Positions 21,417 through 31,448 of a DNA stretch of 64,000 bases are shown here, in pieces (the stretch's first letter is position 1; the number at the start of each line of letters is the position of its first letter). Under the pieces are notes generated by a model that saw nothing but the letters and a program-made list of their open reading frames with translations, made no database searches and was not told the DNA's origin. This stretch comes from Labrys wisconsinensis (GTDB lineage Bacteria; Pseudomonadota; Alphaproteobacteria; Rhizobiales; Labraceae). The stretch lies in assembly GCF_030814995.1 (NCBI RefSeq), contig NZ_JAUSVX010000002.1:637785-701784 (forward strand). Direction: 5' to 3'. The position numbers were made by a program, and so were the translations under genes.

Positions 21417-22370
21417 ATGAGCTTCGGAGCAGACTCGACCACGGACGAGGTGCTGGCAGGGTACGACCTCGCCGGCAAGCGCGTCCTCGTCACCGGCGTC
21501 TCGGCCGGCCTCGGCGTCGAGACGGCGCGGACCCTGGTGGCGCATGGGGCCGCCGTCGTCGGGGCGGCGCGCGACCTCGCCAAGGCGGAGCGGGCGACGA
21601 CATCCGTGCGCGACGCACGGGCACGCGGCGCCACCTTCGATCTCATCGAGCTCGACCTCGCCGCCCTCGCGAGCGTCAGGGCCTGCGCCGACCGGCTCGT
21701 CGGGACCGGCCGGCGCTTCGACGTCGTCATCGCCAATGCCGGGGTGATGGCCTGCCCGCAGGGCAAGACGAAGGACGGCTTCGAGACCCAGTTCGGCACG
21801 AACCATCTCGGGCACTTCCTGTTCGTCAACCGGATCGCGCCGCTGATCGAGGACGGCGGACGCGTCGTCGTCCTCTCCTCGGCGGGACACCGCTATGCCG
21901 ATGTCGATCTCGACGATCCCGGCTTCGAGCGGACCGACTATGCGCCGTTCGTGGCCTATGGACGCTCCAAGACCGCCAACGCGCTGTTCGCGGCGGAGTT
22001 CGACCGCCGCCACCGGGCGCGCGGGGTCCGCGCGGCCTCCGTCCATCCAGGCGGCATCCGCACGGAGCTGTCCCGGCACATGAGCGAGGACGAGCTCGCC
22101 CGGCTGATCGCCTCGATCAATGCCAGCCAGCCGCCGGGCGCGCCGCCGTTCCACTACAAGAGCGTGCCGCAGGGCGCGGCGACGACGGTCTGGGCGGGAT
22201 TCGTCGCGCCGGCCGACGAGGTCGGCGGCCGCTATTGCGAAGATTGCCACGTCGCGGAGATCGTCACGGACCCGGCCGTGCGCGGCGGCGTCAGGCCCTA
22301 TGCGCTCGATCCCGAGCGGGCCCGTGCGCTGTGGGCGTTGAGCGAAACGATGGTGGGAGAGGCTTTCTGA
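21417..22370 (+). CDS. Short-chain dehydrogenase/reductase (SDR) family oxidoreductase
   Basis: Product MSFGADSTTDEVLAGYDLAGKRVLVTGVSAGLGVETAR.... A GAGGGGAGGA Shine-Dalgarno sequence lies 6 nt upstream. Starts 15 nt after the adh stop, so it is likely co-transcribed. Confidence 0.85.
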   Translation: MSFGADSTTDEVLAGYDLAGKRVLVTGVSAGLGVETARTLVAHGAAVVGAARDLAKAERATTSVRDARARGATFDLIELDLAALASVRACADRLVGTGRRFDVVIANAGVMACPQGKTKDGFETQFGTNHLGHFLFVNRIAPLIEDGGRVVVLSSAGHRYADVDLDDPGFERTDYAPFVAYGRSKTANALFAAEFDRRHRARGVRAASVHPGGIRTELSRHMSEDELARLIASINASQPPGAPPFHYKSVPQGAATTVWAGFVAPADEVGGRYCEDCHVAEIVTDPAVRGGVRPYALDPERARALWALSETMVGEAF

Positions 22371-22376
22371 GGAAGC

Positions 22377-24173
22377 CTATCCGAAGGTGAAGGCGAAGGC
22401 CTGGGCGCCGGGATCGAGAAACTCGATCTCGAACGTGCGGTCCGACGGCGCTCCAGCCTGGCGGACGAGCTGATAGAGGCGCTGGCCCACGATCGTGCCG
22501 TTGCCGTCGGCATCCGTGTCGGTGCCATGGTCCGTCTGCGGCGGCTTGCCGTCGACCAGGACCTTGAACCGCACCGGCTTGCCGTCGCTGCCGGGGCCGA
22601 GCACCAGATGCAGGTCGCGGGCGTGGAACCGGTAGGTCAGCGTCCCTTCCGCCGCATTGAGGGTCGCGGCCTCGGCGCCGATCGTCCAGTCGCCGCCGAG
22701 GCTCCACTGGTTGAGATCCAGGGACGGCGCTGCGCTGTACCGCTTGGCCCTGTCGTGATCGGCTCCTCCGGGGGAGGCGAAGTTCTCCGCCCGCTCATAG
22801 CCGATATAGGTCTCGGGCGACTGCACGTTCGCCATGTCGGCCGCGGCATGGACGCCCCTGGCGTCGACCGTCACGAGGGATGCCGCCGCCGGTGCGTGGC
22901 CCGCCTCGGCGAGCAGCGCCTGGATCACCTTTTCCGACCCGTCATACTCACCCTCGCCGAAATGGTGGTGGCGGATCCGGCCCTTGGCATCGATGAAGTA
23001 ATGGGCCGGCCAATACTCGTTGTTGAACGCGCGCCAGATCGCATAGTCGTTGTCGATCGCGACGGGGTAGTCGATGCCGAGATCCCGGATCGCCTTCTCG
23101 ACATTGGCGACGTTCCGCTCGAAGGCGAACTCCGGCGCGTGGACGCCGATGACGACGAGGCCCTGGTCCCTGTACTTCCTGGCCCAGGCCTCGACATAAG
23201 GGATGGCCCGCAGGCAATTGATGCAGGAATAGGTCCAGAAGTCGATCAGGACCACCTTGCCGCGCAGGCCCTCCGCGGTGAGCGGCGGAGAGTTCAGCCA
23301 TTGCACGGCGCCGTTCAGGGACGGCATGACGCCTTCGCTCGGCAGCGCCTGGGCCTCATCGGCCGCGGGCGCCGGCGCCGCAGCGTCGGGGCCGCTCATC
23401 ATGTCGGACGAGCCGATCATCACCGGCGATGCGGCCTGCGCCGGCATGGGCCGGACCTTGTCGACGAGCCCCTGCTCGAGGCTCGCCGTGCTCGCCAGCG
23501 ACAGGCGGGTCAGGAGGCCGGTGTCGAGCCCGAAGGCGATCGCGACGACGCCGCACAACACGGCGAGGCCGAGCCCGCGCCGCACCCATTCGCCGACGCC
23601 GAGGGAGCGTTTCATCGCGGCGAAGGCGCGCCCGCCGACGAGCAGGGCCAGCGCCAGGGAGGTGGCAGCGCCGGTGGCGTAGGCGAGAAGCAGCAGAGAG
23701 GTCGTGGCGCTCGCACCGTTGAGCGCGGCCCCCGTGAGGAGCAGGCCGAGGATCGGCCCGGCGCAGGGGGCCCAGAGCAGGCCCGTCGCGACGCCGAGCA
23801 GGAACGAGGGAAGCACCGCCGAGCCGGTCGCGGACTGCCGGTCGGCGGCCTCGGACAGGCGGGCACCCGCTGCGACCAGCGGCCGCGCGAGGCGATCGGC
23901 GAGGCTCGGAAGCAGCAGGGCCACGCCGAACGCCGCCAGAAGCACGAGGGCCGCGATGCGGCCATACTCGTTCGCCCGCACGGCCCACCCGCCGCCGACC
24001 GCGGCCAGGGAGGCGACCAGCGCGAAGGTCAGGGTCATGCCCACCAGCATCGGCAGGGTGCTGGTCCGGAAGGGCTTGTCCGCGCGAGCGAAGACGAAGG
24101 GCAGGATCGGCAGGATGCACGGGCTGACGATGGTCAGGACCCCGCCGAGATAGGAGACGAGCGCGAGCAGCAT
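22377..24173 (-). CDS. dipZ: DipZ-type cytochrome c biogenesis / thiol:disulfide interchange protein (CcdA-like TM domain + thioredoxin + C-terminal beta-sandwich domain)
   Basis: 598 aa from MLLALVSYLGGVLTIVSPCILP... (conserved TM cysteines SPC... and LWAPCAGP). Periplasmic thioredoxin-like domain with FWTYSCINCLRAIPY (CxxC). C-terminal ~150-aa domain as in mycobacterial DipZ. The ORF track extends 77 codons upstream through atypical codons. Confidence 0.8.
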   Translation of the reverse strand: MLLALVSYLGGVLTIVSPCILPILPFVFARADKPFRTSTLPMLVGMTLTFALVASLAAVGGGWAVRANEYGRIAALVLLAAFGVALLLPSLADRLARPLVAAGARLSEAADRQSATGSAVLPSFLLGVATGLLWAPCAGPILGLLLTGAALNGASATTSLLLLAYATGAATSLALALLVGGRAFAAMKRSLGVGEWVRRGLGLAVLCGVVAIAFGLDTGLLTRLSLASTASLEQGLVDKVRPMPAQAASPVMIGSSDMMSGPDAAAPAPAADEAQALPSEGVMPSLNGAVQWLNSPPLTAEGLRGKVVLIDFWTYSCINCLRAIPYVEAWARKYRDQGLVVIGVHAPEFAFERNVANVEKAIRDLGIDYPVAIDNDYAIWRAFNNEYWPAHYFIDAKGRIRHHHFGEGEYDGSEKVIQALLAEAGHAPAAASLVTVDARGVHAAADMANVQSPETYIGYERAENFASPGGADHDRAKRYSAAPSLDLNQWSLGGDWTIGAEAATLNAAEGTLTYRFHARDLHLVLGPGSDGKPVRFKVLVDGKPPQTDHGTDTDADGNGTIVGQRLYQLVRQAGAPSDRTFEIEFLDPGAQAFAFTFG

Positions 24174-24327
24174 GATCGCAGATATCCTCCGGGAAGGCCC
24201 AGCCCTTCCTAAGACCGAATACGTTATTCCCGCGCGGGAATAGCGCATGTCACTCGGATTTGATGAGGGCGTGAGGCGACGCCGGCGCTTCCGGCGCCGG
24301 CGGCCCGGAGGATCCGACCTTCGATCC

Positions 24328-24975
24328 CTACTCGGCGGCCTCGTAGCCCCGGCTCTTGACGGCGACGTCCGCCGATCCGCCGAGGGAAGCCAGGAACGCG
24401 TCATGGGTCATCGGCCGGGAAAACATCGGATAGTTCTTCTCCACGGCGAGACGCTGCTCCTCCTCGCTGAGCGCGGCGGTGCAGTCCTTGAGGGTGATGA
24501 CGTCGTAGCCCTTCTCGTAGCCCGTCCGCATCGTCGACTCGACGCAGCAATTGGTGAGGAAACCGCCGAGCGCGATCGTCGTGATGCCGCGGCTGCGCAA
24601 GATGAAGTCGAGGTTGGTGCTGGCGAAGCCGCAGAGGCCGCGCTTGCCCTCGACGACGATATCGCCGGCCTGCGGCGTCAACACCTCGACGATCTCGGCG
24701 CCCCAGGAGCCCTTGCGGAAGGAGCGGCTGTCGACCACGCCCTTGAGGATGCCGTAAGGGCTCGGGCTCAGCTCGTGATAGTCGTCCGTGAAGGTGATCG
24801 GCGCATGCAGGATGGTCGCGCCGAGGGCGCGCGCCTGCCGCACGGTCTCGACGGTGTTGCCGAGCATCCCCGTCTTGTCCATCACCGGCTTCACCGCCTG
24901 ATGCAGCGTGCCGCCCTCCGAGGTGAAGTCGTTCTGATACTCGATGAGCACGACGGCGGTCGTCTTCGGATCCAT
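24328..24975 (-). CDS. Isochorismatase-family cysteine hydrolase
   Basis: 215 aa, MDPKTTAVVLIEYQNDFTSEGG...LGGFLTNCCVESTMRTGYEKGYDVITL. A GGGAGGG Shine-Dalgarno sequence is present. The catalytic Cys context is typical of the isochorismatase family. Confidence 0.85.
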   Translation of the reverse strand: MDPKTTAVVLIEYQNDFTSEGGTLHQAVKPVMDKTGMLGNTVETVRQARALGATILHAPITFTDDYHELSPSPYGILKGVVDSRSFRKGSWGAEIVEVLTPQAGDIVVEGKRGLCGFASTNLDFILRSRGITTIALGGFLTNCCVESTMRTGYEKGYDVITLKDCTAALSEEEQRLAVEKNYPMFSRPMTHDAFLASLGGSADVAVKSRGYEAAE

Positions 24976-25064
24976 GGCATCCCTCCCTGATGAGCCCGTG
25001 TCGCGATATTCTCTTGAATAGTGCGCCCACTCGCCGCCCGCCGCAACGGCGTTCGACGGCGCAC

Positions 25065-27644
25065 CTATTGCGCCTCGACGCAGGTCGCGAGGCCGAGAAT
25101 GCCCTGCAGGGAGAACACCACGACCCTGTCGCTCGACCATGCGGCGTATAGATCGGGGCCGATACTCGCGAAGGAATCCGCGCCCAAGGGCAGGCGCGCC
25201 AGCTCGTTGAGCCTCCAGTTGCCGGCGCCATCTCGGATCGCGTGCAGGGCATAGGCCTCGCCCCGCAACCCTCGACCGCCATAAGAAGCCTGCATATTCT
25301 CCGAAGCGGAATACCGGAAGTCAGCGGTCTCGCCGAGGAGCGCGACCACGCCGTCGCTGCTTGCATGGATCCCGCGCACGCCCACACCGCGCAAGATCTG
25401 CCTGCGGCCGCGCAGCGGCTCCCAGGCGAAAGCGCCGTCGCCGGACCACGCGGCGGAGCCGGACATTCGTCCGGCGGCGCGCCCGCCGGAAGCGGGCACG
25501 GCAATCGACAGCTGCTCCGTCGCCGGATGCTGAAACGCTTCGCCCTGCCAGGACCATTTGCCGCTCATGCAAGCGGGAGGACATCCGCTCCCCATGCAAG
25601 CGGGAGGAACGGAACCGATCACGGGATTGGGCGCAAACACATCGTCCTGGGAAGACGAAGAGCCCATAGCTCTCTTGGCGATACGCTGTTCGGGCGTGCG
25701 CATCACGGAGGCCGACGACTGTGCCTGAGCACGGACTTCCATGAGCCAGTGGGTCGCCGCGACGCGTTCGAGCGCGGGGATGGCATCCTGCGAACCGAGC
25801 CAGCCGAGCGCGCGGGCCGATGCATAGACCACACGCCAATCCGGATCGGACAGCAGTTCGATCAATCGCGGCGCTGCCGCCTGGTCATCGATATAGCCGA
25901 GCGCCGTTGCTGCATCGCGGCGGTCGGAGCCGTTCGGCGAGTCCAGGAACCTCTCCGCGATGATCCGCCCGAACTCAGCCGCCGCGCCGCCGTAGCTGGC
26001 GATTCTGCCCAGGCAGCCTCCGTCCGAGCCGCGCGATGAGAAAGCGTCGGACAGGGGAACGCAGCCGCGAACGTCGCGTTCGATCACAGCCGGGTAGTGC
26101 ATCTTGGTCAAGGCATCGTCTGCGGCAGCGCGCAGCCTTGCGTCTCGGCTGTGGAGCAGCGGGGCGATGGCGTCGCCGGTGCCGCGGGCTTGCTCCCCCA
26201 TCGCCGACAGTCCACGCAAGGCGGCGATCCGCTCGTCGATCGGCCGCCGCGGATCGGCGGCAAGCACGCCCCAATCGCCGGGCGCCGCGCGCTGTCCCAT
26301 CTTGCCGATGATGGCGGTGGCATCCATCCACCGGTCGTCGTTCATCAGAACCGGGAGCAGATGAGGCAACGCCTTGCTCCCCAGACTGGCAAGAGCTTCG
26401 CCGGTTACGTCGACATTGCCATAGATCTCGATACGTCTTGCGAGCGCACGAATGGCTTCGGGCGAGCCAATCCTTGCCAGGGCGTAGGCCGCCGTTCTGC
26501 CCCGCTGCATCCGGCTGGCAACGAGCAGCGGCCCGATGTCTTGCTCTGACAAAGTTCGCCATTGTCCGAGCAGATCACCGGCTGCCCACCGCCAGCGCTC
26601 ATCGGGGTCGGTCGCGCGTTCGAGAAGCGCCTTCTTGGCCGCTTCGCCGAAGGTTTCGAGATGTCTCGCGACAGCAGGGACATTGCCGAGGCGTCCCGAC
26701 CGCTTTCGGATGCCTTCGTCCAGAGCCTCGAGGCACGCGGCCAAGGGTTGGCATCCCCCGACGAGGCTATCGAGAATCGACCCGGAAGACGCAATCGGCG
26801 GTCCGGCAGGATGTTGTGCAGCCTCTGCGGCTTTCTGCCTTGCCCGCTGTTCCTCGTTCTCGAAGGCCAGGCGCTTCTTCAAGTCGAGGCCGTCCAGCGC
26901 ATCGTAGGCGTCGCGATAGTAGAGACGCAGGCGTGCGAGCGCCGGCGAATAGCGGTCTTCGAACTCGCCTCTCAGATCGGCGAACAGCGACACTCTGAGG
27001 CCGTCGGCATCGACTCCGCTCCAATCGCGCCGGACAAGCGATGCGATCTCCGGCGTTTCGACCGGCGAGTTCACGATCAGTATCGCCGTCGGCTGATAGC
27101 GAACAGGCGTGAGCGCCCGGTTCACGATCTGCCCGATCAGACCGAATGCGATATCGCCGACCCGCACAACGTACTCGCCCTGAAAGCTCTTTTCCTCGCA
27201 GGACAGAGAGAAGTTACAGGATGTCGAACGGGCATCTGGTGTTCTTGGATCGTACTCCTTGCCGAAGATCTGGGTCCCGACGGTAGGGCGGCCGGGCCAT
27301 CCCTGGCTGTCGATCCCCACGGCCAGCTTCGTCGGGCGCGCGTCGCGCAGATGCCTGATCAGCGCCGCGAGCGCACGTGGGCCGCGACGCACGAGTTCAC
27401 GCATCTGCGGGACGGCGCCCGGCAGGGGCGAACCAATGATACCGGCCATGAAGTCCGGCGGAGAATCATCTCCGATGAAGCCGCGCCAGGTCGCGGTGCT
27501 CTGAAGACCAGGAGCTTCCGTCTGCACGAGCGTGAGGTCGGAGATCAGGGTCTCGATCGGAGCCTTCGAATAGTCGACCTCTGCTGCGAACGACTTGGCC
27601 GCCCCGATGAGCACGCCAAGGATGGCGAGAAGGTGCGCGCGCAT
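25065..27644 (-). CDS. Exported, Cys-rich 859-aa protein with PBS-lyase/HEAT-like repeats; unknown function
   Basis: Signal peptide MRAHLLAILGVLIGAAKSFAA (GGAGGG Shine-Dalgarno sequence). HEAT-like repeats such as LIELLSDPDWRVVYASARALGWLGSQDAIPALERV and IGSPEAIRALARRIEIYG.... Several Cys pairs (CNFSLSC, GGCQPLAAC, PPACMGSGCPPACM). Lower GC than neighbouring genes. Confidence 0.75.
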   Translation of the reverse strand: MRAHLLAILGVLIGAAKSFAAEVDYSKAPIETLISDLTLVQTEAPGLQSTATWRGFIGDDSPPDFMAGIIGSPLPGAVPQMRELVRRGPRALAALIRHLRDARPTKLAVGIDSQGWPGRPTVGTQIFGKEYDPRTPDARSTSCNFSLSCEEKSFQGEYVVRVGDIAFGLIGQIVNRALTPVRYQPTAILIVNSPVETPEIASLVRRDWSGVDADGLRVSLFADLRGEFEDRYSPALARLRLYYRDAYDALDGLDLKKRLAFENEEQRARQKAAEAAQHPAGPPIASSGSILDSLVGGCQPLAACLEALDEGIRKRSGRLGNVPAVARHLETFGEAAKKALLERATDPDERWRWAAGDLLGQWRTLSEQDIGPLLVASRMQRGRTAAYALARIGSPEAIRALARRIEIYGNVDVTGEALASLGSKALPHLLPVLMNDDRWMDATAIIGKMGQRAAPGDWGVLAADPRRPIDERIAALRGLSAMGEQARGTGDAIAPLLHSRDARLRAAADDALTKMHYPAVIERDVRGCVPLSDAFSSRGSDGGCLGRIASYGGAAAEFGRIIAERFLDSPNGSDRRDAATALGYIDDQAAAPRLIELLSDPDWRVVYASARALGWLGSQDAIPALERVAATHWLMEVRAQAQSSASVMRTPEQRIAKRAMGSSSSQDDVFAPNPVIGSVPPACMGSGCPPACMSGKWSWQGEAFQHPATEQLSIAVPASGGRAAGRMSGSAAWSGDGAFAWEPLRGRRQILRGVGVRGIHASSDGVVALLGETADFRYSASENMQASYGGRGLRGEAYALHAIRDGAGNWRLNELARLPLGADSFASIGPDLYAAWSSDRVVVFSLQGILGLATCVEAQ

Positions 27645-27923
27645 CCGCCCTCCGATCGTGGATCGCGGCGAGCATAGCGCCCACCTCTGCGGCGGCGAAA
27701 GTCTCGAGGCGGTAATTCGCGCTGCCGGCCCAGCAATACGGCACCGAAACTGGCGTCCCCGTCGCGCGCGAAGGCCCTCCCGAATGCGAGAGGTTGCGCG
27801 TTGCACGGCGCCGGCGGCCCACCCCGCAGCCTGGGACGAGAGCGCCGAAGCCTCCGGCGCGACGGTCCTTCCGTGCGCGCCAGCGACTGCTGCCGGTTCT
27901 TCGACATCTGTATTGGAACCATA

Positions 27924-27999
27924 TGGTGGGCGGTGACGGGCTCGAACCGCCGACCCTCTCGGTGTAAACGAGATGCTCTACCGACTGAGCTAACCGCCC
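27924..27999 (-). tRNA. tRNA-Val (anticodon TAC)
   Basis: Reverse complement is GGGCGGTTAGCTCAGTCGGTAGAGCATCTCGTTTACACCGAGAGGGTCGGCGGTTCGAGCCCGTCACCGCCCACCA. Anticodon stem TCTCG/CGAGA, loop TTTACAC and encoded CCA. The track ORF 27545..28012 carries the typical tRNA-derived ...RRFEPVTA... artifact. Confidence 0.85.
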
Positions 28000-28073
28000 C
28001 GGCGCTTTCCAATATGGCGCCGCGGCGCGGATCGCAAGCCCGCAGCCTCCGACATCCCGCCGCAGCCCCTCAC

Positions 28074-28102
28074 GAAAAGAGCGGCGGGTCGCCCCGCCGC
28101 TC
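28074..28102 (-). terminator. Rho-independent terminator of lon
   Basis: On the minus strand: GAGCGGCGGG-GCGA-CCCGCCGCTC (10-bp stem) followed by TTTTCGT, 28 nt after the lon stop. Confidence 0.6.
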
Positions 28103-28129
28103 CGAATGGTCTTCCCGGCAGCTGCCGCG

Positions 28130-30559
<2,430 letters not shown>

Positions 30560-30714
30560 GATGTGTCCTTTCCTGCGCCGTCCGCGCGCTGCTTCAGCCG
30601 CATGGACGAACGCCCGTTCCCATCAAGGCCGTCCGGGGGAGGATAGCACGAGCGAGGGGAAGCCTTTCGAGATTTCGCGACCGCCCCGACATGGGCGCAG
30701 TCGTTTCGATGGCA

Positions 30715-30746
30715 ATTAGGTGGAGAGGGGGCCTGTCGGTGTCAAG
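30715..30746 (-). promoter_or_regulatory. Candidate sigma-32/sigma-70-like promoter of lon (CTTGACA-N16-CCACCTAAT on the minus strand)
   Basis: Pattern read on the minus strand about 150 nt upstream of the lon ATG. Resembles the heat-shock promoter consensus (CTTGAA...CCCCATnT). Inference only. Confidence 0.25.
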
Positions 30747-30977
30747 CGATCTGCCCATCTTTGGCGTGATTTGTAACGATTGTGTCATCGAACGGCGCCC
30801 GTTCGTGGACACCGTCGCGTCGCCCGGCCTCCGCGAGCATTCGTCGCAGGACGCCATTGCATTCCCCAACGACATCCTGTAGAGACCTCCGCCCCGAGCG
30901 GGCGTTTCGTTCCGGCTCTCCGAGACCGGACGGGCATGAGCTGCCCTGCAGCCGCATGTTCCACGCACGAACGGGTC

Positions 30978-31054
30978 GCGTCCGTAGCTCAGCCTGGTAG
31001 AGCGCCCGCCCGTAAGGCGGGAGGTCGCCGGTTCGAATCCGGTCGGGCGAACCA
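30978..31054 (+). tRNA. tRNA-like element; cloverleaf with anticodon-loop CCGTAAG (GTA, Tyr-like / Thr-CGT-like with missing U33); probably a pseudo-tRNA
   Basis: GCGTCCGTAGCTCAGCCTGGTAGAGCGCCCGCCCGTAAGGCGGGAGGTCGCCGGTTCGAATCCGGTCGGGCGAACCA. Good D-arm, anticodon stem CCCGC/GCGGG and T-arm, but it has C33 instead of U33, a G1-A72 mismatch, and no long variable arm as expected for Tyr. Confidence 0.35.
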
Positions 31055-31127
31055 TGGATAGCTCAGCTGGGTAGAGCAGAAGATTTTATTCTTCCTGTCG
31101 CAGGTTCGACTCCTGCTCCAAACGTGG
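31053..31127 (+). pseudogene. Degenerate tRNA-Lys-like element (6-nt anticodon loop TTTTAT, unpaired acceptor stem)
   Basis: ...GGATAGCTCAGCTGGGTAGAGCAGAAGATTTTATTCTTCCTGTCGCAGGTTCGACTCCTGCTCCAAACG. The D-arm and the GCAGGTTCGACTCCTGC T-arm are very tRNA-Lys(TTT)-like. The anticodon stem GAAGA/TCTTC encloses only 6 nt, and the 3' acceptor pairs with the 5' end over only 4 bp. AT-rich patch. Confidence 0.3.
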
Positions 31128-31448
31128 CTTGAAAACCACGACAGCCTGCAACGCTGTCTGATCTGAAACGGGGAAGCCGGTCGCTTCCCACGCCCCGCCC
31201 TCGCCGCGCCTTCGGGCGCGGCCGGACGGTGCAGCCAGGGCGAGGGCCCTGCGGGCGGTCGGATACCGCGCCGGAGAAAGCGAGCGCGAGGAGACAGGCC
31301 GGGCCTTCGGGCTTCGTCCTGCTCCGGCCGGCTCGTCGGATCCGGCGCTCAAGACCACTCCCGCCGCCGCCATGGCGGGCGGCGACCGGCGACCTCATGA
31401 GAAACCGGCCCGCGGTTCGCCGCGCGCCCGACGAGGAGGGACGGAACC

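Larger units (their letters stand above)
19868..27999. mobile_element. Putative integrase-less genomic island remnant at the tRNA-Val 3' end (about 8 kb)
   Basis: Bounded by tRNA-Val (27924..27999) and its degenerate 3'-half repeat (19868..19900). There is an AT-rich junction directly 3' of the tRNA (ttcgacatctgtattggaaccata). The interior genes have visibly lower GC and weaker codon bias than the flanking nuo/lon genes. No integrase is present. Confidence 0.3.

Noticed and set aside
28000-28129. Expected hupB (HU) gene between lon and tRNA-Val
   Set aside because: Only 130 nt are available and they contain the lon terminator. No ORF is present. The absence is recorded as a synteny observation rather than a feature.
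30594-31055. 153-aa minus-strand ORF beginning MVRPTGFEPATSRLTGGRSTRLSYG
   Set aside because: The characteristic GFEPAT...RLSYG string is the translation of a tRNA T-arm/D-arm read on the opposite strand. It marks the tRNA-like element rather than a protein. The same artefact appears at 17050..17241, 27545..28012 and 45753..45977 over the real tRNAs.
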